A stretch of 64,000 nt of DNA from Octopus vulgaris. Taxonomy: Eukaryota. Under the pieces are notes generated by a model. That model did no database searches, was not told where the DNA came from, and was given only the letters and a program-made list of their open reading frames with translations. Shown here one piece after another: positions 1 to 64,000 of the stretch. Made by a program: the position numbers and the translations under genes. Numbering within the stretch: the first letter of the stretch is position 1; each line of letters starts with the position of its first letter. Location: positions 57,412,001 through 57,476,000 of the forward strand of contig OX597814.1 of NCBI GenBank assembly GCA_951406725.2. The letters run 5' to 3'.

Positions 1-435
1 AAAGATTTTAACCAAAATACCTTGATGTTTTCATAGTTGTGAAGTTTTGGAAGTAATTCTATAACATAAAACTTTGAGGATATCCTTACAATTAAAAGAT
101 GAAAACTTGCTCTAGGTGTATTCGAAATCTAAAGATTTACAAATCAGTAAAAGTAAAATAACTCCTGCAATTTCAGCTAGGATAAAGACAATGCAGTTGG
201 GAGTGAATCTTGTCTTAGAAAACCAACTGGTGAAAGCAAGAATGTTTCAATCGTATTAGTTTTCATTACATTATTGGAACATATTCATCTCATTTGACTG
301 TGTTTAGAAGACACCAATAGATGGAAAATAGAGATACAAAATATGAATATTAATAATAGGGCTGAGAGAAAATATTTATCTTCAATACAGTTATGTTAGT
401 CTCACTCTTTAAAGGTGGGATTCACTTGTAATTAC

Positions 436-815
436 ACCATCATCATTTTAACAGTCACTCTTGCATGGTTGTAGAGGAATGCATTAAGGCAAACTGTCTA
501 AAACTGGATGCCCGTCTTGTCAACCCATACCTATTTCCAAATAAGGAAATATTTCCCCATGACCAGACATGTTTTCAAGGAGGATTGGAAATGAATGCTG
601 CTAATTGTGCAGTGGTGATACCTGTTTACATTTGTGTGATATCAAGACAGGCAGGCACATATACATGTATGCATTTATATGATGGGTTTCTTTCAGTTTC
701 TGTCCATTCAAATCTATTCACAACACTTTGGTTGGCTTGATGCAGTAGTAGAAGACACTTGCCCAAGGTGCTCCATATGGTGTGGAAGCAAACTTTCTAA
801 CTGCACACCCATTTA
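436..815 (-). mobile_element. Old SINE with (CAT)n-adjacent RTE-type tail
   Basis: Tail catcatcattttaac at the left end; CCTTGGGCAAGTGTCTTCTACTA head segment on the minus strand. Confidence 0.55.
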
Positions 816-900
816 TGCATCTTTATTGTTTTTATTTTCCAAAATATTTGGAATAATTGATATTAGTTATCTCCCTTGTTTTTTTTTCTTTTCTTAGTAA

Positions 901-1085
901 CCCGTTAGCATTTAGGTTAGTCTGTCAGTCATTTATTTACGTAGTTTTGAATTAATCAGGTATTATCAGTTTTGAAATTTTGATGATGTGATTGTTTATT
1001 TTTTAGAATGACATTGTAGGGTAGGTGTGAGCATCCAGATCTGGTCAGTTTGAACATAAAATGGGTAAAATATTTGGGCTAAATA
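901..1085 (-). mobile_element. Degraded piggyBac-type MITE (CCCTTTAGCATT family)
   Basis: Reverse-strand similarity to copies at 28833, 37489 and 61415; one end eroded. Confidence 0.55.
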
Positions 1086-1264
1086 GTTTTTATTACAAAC
1101 AAGAGATGTTTTTTCTAGGGTTTCATATCTTATAATTGTGTGCATAATATCTGAGTGCATATTGCATATGAATAAATATGGCTTGTGAGATGCTTCTGTA
1201 TTTATATTTAACTTGAATGCTCTCCTGGGGGTATTTTCTTTAGCTTTATTGTTGATATTAAATC

Positions 1265-1887
1265 AGCATCACTACCTTCCCCTCTGCCCTCAGTGTGTCC
1301 CTAGCAAACCTCTCCCTCCCTCTATCCACGTTCTTCATCCATTGTTTCTCTCCCTTCTATCTCCTGCTCTCCCTTTACACCTTTGCGAACCTACCTGCAC
1401 ATACTGTGTGTCTGTTGAATCTCTTTCTCTCTACCTGTGCCCACTCATTACATTTCTCCTTCCCTATCCTCTCTCACTCTCCTTTTGCAATTTCACTAAC
1501 TTACCCTCTCACTTTATCCAATTCTTGGTTCCACTTATATACACCTCCCTGTAACTTCAGTGTATGCTCCATCATGACATCCCCCTCTCTCTCTCTAAGT
1601 TAGGTAGCCATAAATCTCCTTTACTGCAAGAAACTTATTTCTAACCTTTCATCATCTGGTACAAACTCACCTCCCTCAATACTACAGCCCACTTCAGTTG
1701 AGGGGATCTTGTCTTGCAAATTACTTGATGAGCTTACTGCTGCTGATGCCACATAAAAAGCACCCAGTACACTCAGTAAAGTGGTTGGCATTAGGAATCC
1801 TGATTGAAGTGAACAGTAAAGCTTGGCACAATCTTCTGACTTGCCAGCACCTGTCAAATTGTCCAATACATGGAAGGAGGCTGTTAA
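1265..1887 (+). mobile_element. RTE-tailed non-autonomous retroposon (C-rich 5' region); host of the piggyBac at 1888
   Basis: TGCCACATAAAAAGCACCC and GTGGTTGGCATTAGGAA motifs; tail CATGGAAGGAGGCTGTTAA|ATGA split at TTAA. Confidence 0.7.
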
Positions 1888-2773
1888 CCCCTTAATGGAT
1901 TATCCCGAGTTTATTCGTGCATCGCAAATGTATCTTTTTAGAACCAGACGAGTATACTCGGTCAAAATTAACTTTTAATTTTAGCACTCAAACGAATTTA
2001 TTTTTGTGTCGTTTAATTTTTGAGCAGTTACGAATTTACTTGCGTTGTCGTACGCTTGGCAGCACATATTCTGGCACCATTTCAAAGAATTTATGCTTCT
2101 GAGTTTTGAACTTTTACTTCAGTGCATACTCAGATTCAGGAGGAGGTTGATGTCATTTTAGAACCATCTCGTTTTGATTCTCTTTTATTTATACAAATAA
2201 GAGAATTATTTACACATTTTTTTCTCAAAATGGATGAGGATTTAGATATATTCAGCAATCACGAAAGTGATTTTTCATTTCACAATCTGGAAAGCTCTGG
2301 GGAGGAATTAGACACGTGTAGTTCAGACTCTGACAATTTTTCAGAAGATGACAAAGAAGATAATCAGATAGATGCACGTGCATGGCACGAAATCAGTTGT
2401 TTGTCTGATTCAAAGAGAAAGCAGATACATGTGTGATGTCTGCGAGATAACTTCGTGTGTAACTCCTTGTTTTAAAAATTATCATTCTAAATAAACTATC
2501 TAATTTAAAAAAAAATTTTCCTTTGATTTAAAAGCAATACATCTTATAAAAAATCGAAGATAGTTAAGTTATATGTATTTTTTCAATGTCTGAGTTAACT
2601 CATTTAAATCCAAATGTGTAAAAGTACATTTTAATTTCTATAATAAAAAATAAAGGAAACAAGATAAAAAAAATTTTTTGTAATTAACACAGTATATATA
2701 ATTAAGAAAGGAAATTAAAAAAAATATGCTCTGAAATGAAACGCCATGTTAAAATAATTGATCCATTAAGAGG
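1888..2773 (+). mobile_element. Internally deleted piggyBac transposon (non-autonomous)
   Basis: TTAA TSDs at 1884-1887 and 2774-2777; 13-bp TIRs CCCCTTAATGGAT / CCTCTTAATGGAT; acidic N-terminal remnant (MDEDLDIFSNHESD...) then, in another frame, the Cys-rich C-terminus QRESRYMCDVCEITSCVTPCFKNYHSK*. Confidence 0.9.
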
Positions 2774-2830
2774 TTAAATGACTCCTCCTCCCACCACTTC
2801 CACTAAATTTTCCAAATCTAGGTTTCCTTC

Positions 2831-3174
2831 TGTTGTTGCTGAGACCCCCTTTGGTCATGATTGACCATGGGATTGCACCTAGAAAGTTACCCTCTCAGAC
2901 ACAAGTCCAGACAAGGTTGTTTATGGAAGACCAGCAGTTGCCCATGCATACCAACCTCCCCTCTCCATGCCACCAGTGTTATCCAAGGGAAAGGCAAAGG
3001 CTAATACAGCTTGGCACCTGTGACGTTGCAACTCATTTCTACAGCTGAGTGAACTGGAGCAACATGAACTGAAATGTCTTGCTCAAGAACACAACACGCA
3101 GCCCGGTCCAGGATTTGAACTCACAACCTCACGATTGTCAGCTCAACGTTCTAACCACTGAGCCATGTGCCTTC
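2831..3174 (-). mobile_element. tRNA-derived SINE with CORE-like segment
   Basis: Minus-strand A box TGGCTCAGTGG, B box GTTCAAATCC, TTCTTGAGCAAGACA; homologous to 35034. Confidence 0.85.
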
Positions 3175-3485
3175 TGATGTACTGAGCAGATTAATAAGTT
3201 GTACCAACTAATTTATTATTTATTTTTATTAATAATCTCTTCACGTGCAAGTGAAATTTTTACTGAAAACTGCATTTTCTAGAGTCTGTTATTAATTTAA
3301 AGCTATTACTGCAATACTTGGCACCATCATAGAACAGTGACCTACCTTGCATGATTACAAATAAGTGGTTGACATATTACTTCAGACTGCATTTGGTGTA
3401 ATTTCCAACAATTTCTATTAAATAATCTTCATATGCATTCATTTTCATTTCATTTCATTGTTAATAACTGTAATATTTTCAATGA

Positions 3486-62192
<58,707 letters not shown>

Positions 62193-62194
<2 letters not shown>

Positions 62195-62198
62195 TAAA
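62193..62198 (+). promoter_or_regulatory. AATAAA hexamer overlapping the stop codons (possible proximal polyadenylation signal)
   Basis: caa taa taa aac; the motif is common in AT-rich DNA and its use is unknown. Confidence 0.25.
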
Positions 62199-62239
62199 AC
62201 AAAGCAAAAAAGAAGTGTTCTCTTTGCCAAGAACTATTT

Positions 62240-62325
62240 ACTACAACCACACCACCACCACCACCACCACTATTACTATTTACTATTACTACTACTATTC
62301 TACTACTATTCTACTACTACAACTT
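62240..62325 (+). repeat. (CAC)n/(TAC)n trinucleotide tract just downstream of the stop codon
   Basis: Direct reading. Confidence 0.85.
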
Positions 62326-63114
62326 CTATGTTCATCACATCACATACATAAATAATAACCAGTCTGCCTCTTTGTTTCTTTTTCTTTTAATCTATCATGA
62401 AGTTATTTTTTAAAATTTTAGCACCTATTATTCAAAGACATTCTAACCATGACCATCCCATCTTTTTTCTTTTCAGGCATAGCTTGTGTGTATGTGTGTG
62501 CACAAAAGATCAGCTTATCCATTGTGCCTATCTTATTTAAAAAAAAAAATGCTGGGTAACTTTAGAGGGATATTGACTGCTATTTCTACACATTGAGTAA
62601 CTCTCTTGAAGTTCTGTTGTTAATTTACATTTTAGTTATCTTTCTCCATGTCACCCCCTCCCCATGTATTGATTTCATCTTTTTCTTTCCCACTGATATT
62701 TAATTAGCGACCAACCAACCTATCTACTTGCCTCCTGAGTTACATACCAGCTTATTTATCTACTGAATCTATCAACCAAAGCTGCTTATCTAACTTTGCT
62801 GCATGATCATGGATTACTTCCAATAGTTTCCATGTGAAGATTATCTATAGCGCTTTGACATAGTTGCTCTAGGGTTGAATGTATGTGTGTGTATGTGAGT
62901 GAATACAGGCATTGCTATGTGGTTAAGATGTTTGTTTCTCAGCCATGTGGTTTTCGGTTCAATCTCATTGTGTGTGTTTATGTTCTCCTTGTCCTGACAT
63001 CTTGTGATAATTGTAAATGAATGTCACTGGTGTCATTTGTTTCAAATCTTCCATAATAACATGTCTGGCCATGGGGGAGGAAACGAATTATATCTGATTA
63101 ATGAAAACATGGTG

Positions 63115-63150
<36 letters not shown>

Positions 63151-63152
<2 letters not shown>

Positions 63153-63406
63153 ATCATCATCATCATCGTTTAACGTCCGTTCTCCATGCTAGCATGGGTT
63201 GGACGGTTCGACCGGGATCTGGGAAGCCAGAAGGCTGCACCAGGCTCCGGTCTTATCTGGCAATGTTTCTATAGCTGGATGCCCTTCCTAACGCCAACCA
63301 CTCCACGAGTGTAGTGGGTGCTTTTTACGTGCCACCTGCACTGGAGCCAGGCGAGGCTGGCATCGGCCACGGTCGCATTGGTGCAATTTACGTGCCACCT
63401 GCATGG
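63151..63406 (-). mobile_element. Young RTE-tailed SINE copy next to (TA)n
   Basis: CATCATCATCG-TTTAACGTCCG...GGTGCTTTTTACGTGCCACC. Confidence 0.85.
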
Positions 63407-63489
63407 AAGCATATATATATATACACACACACATACTAGCAGAGATACCCGGTGTTGCTTGGGATCAAAATGGCATAGTTTTTTTATTG

Positions 63490-63695
63490 TTTTACTTGTT
63501 TTTGTCATGTGACTATAGACATGCTGGAGCAGCCCTTTTAGTCGAAGAAATTGACCCCATGATTTATTCTTTGTACACCTAGTACTCATTCTATCGGAGT
63601 GTTTTGCCAAACGGCTAAGTTACAGGGTTGTAAACACAGCAACATCAGTTGTCAGGTGATGGGGGAGGGGTACAGACACACACACACACACAGAT
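63490..63695 (-). mobile_element. 3' half of another SINE-like repeat
   Basis: GTCA..TGACT....CATGCTGGAGCA motif also seen at ~28430 and ~57190. Confidence 0.6.
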
Positions 63696-63718
63696 ATGGA
63701 TGTGTGTGTGTGTGTGTG

Positions 63719-63765
<47 letters not shown>

Positions 63766-64000
63766 ATATTTTACAATTACTCAATAGTCAAGATAAAACT
63801 CTGAGTTTCAGATGCCGAAGTGGAAATCCACAACACCATCTCTTTAGTTATCTGGATTACTTACAATAGTTTCCATGTGTAGATTATTGAGGTCTCTTTC
63901 TTTCTTTTGTTATCTTACCGTTTTTACCAATATATATATATATATATACACATACACATGGTGGTTGTCTACTCCTTATGCAGAGTTTGACCACCTGTAC

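Noticed and set aside
63434-63480. TACTAGCAGAGATACCCGGTGTTGC, resembling a Helitron/Helentron end
   Set aside because: Only ~45 bp and no partner end found

Overview
AT-rich animal genomic DNA, very probably an octopus (coleoid cephalopod). That assignment is an inference from the SINE families and the dense (TA)n/(CA)n compound microsatellites. The window holds the last 10 coding exons of a + strand PRPF40A/PRP40 (pre-mRNA-processing factor 40) gene: FF-domain exons at 3517-17252, RS/Lys-rich tail exons at 29097 and 48498, and the terminal exon at 62102-62194. All junctions are GT-AG with consistent phases. The 5' part of the gene lies upstream of the window. The introns (1-19 kb) contain two internally deleted piggyBac elements, several TTAA MITEs, a decayed mariner, a Tc1/IS630-like fragment, RTE and CR1/L2-type LINE remnants, several modular SINE families, and a number of long near-perfect hairpins. 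Most of the ORF track is spurious. I found no convincing novel biological system. The best leads are intronic fold-back dsRNA structures, candidate alternative/poison exons, a 49-bp perfect inverted repeat bracketing unrelated TE fragments, and SINE/LINE tail sharing with SINE module swapping. Repeat boundaries are approximate unless TSD/TIR positions are given.
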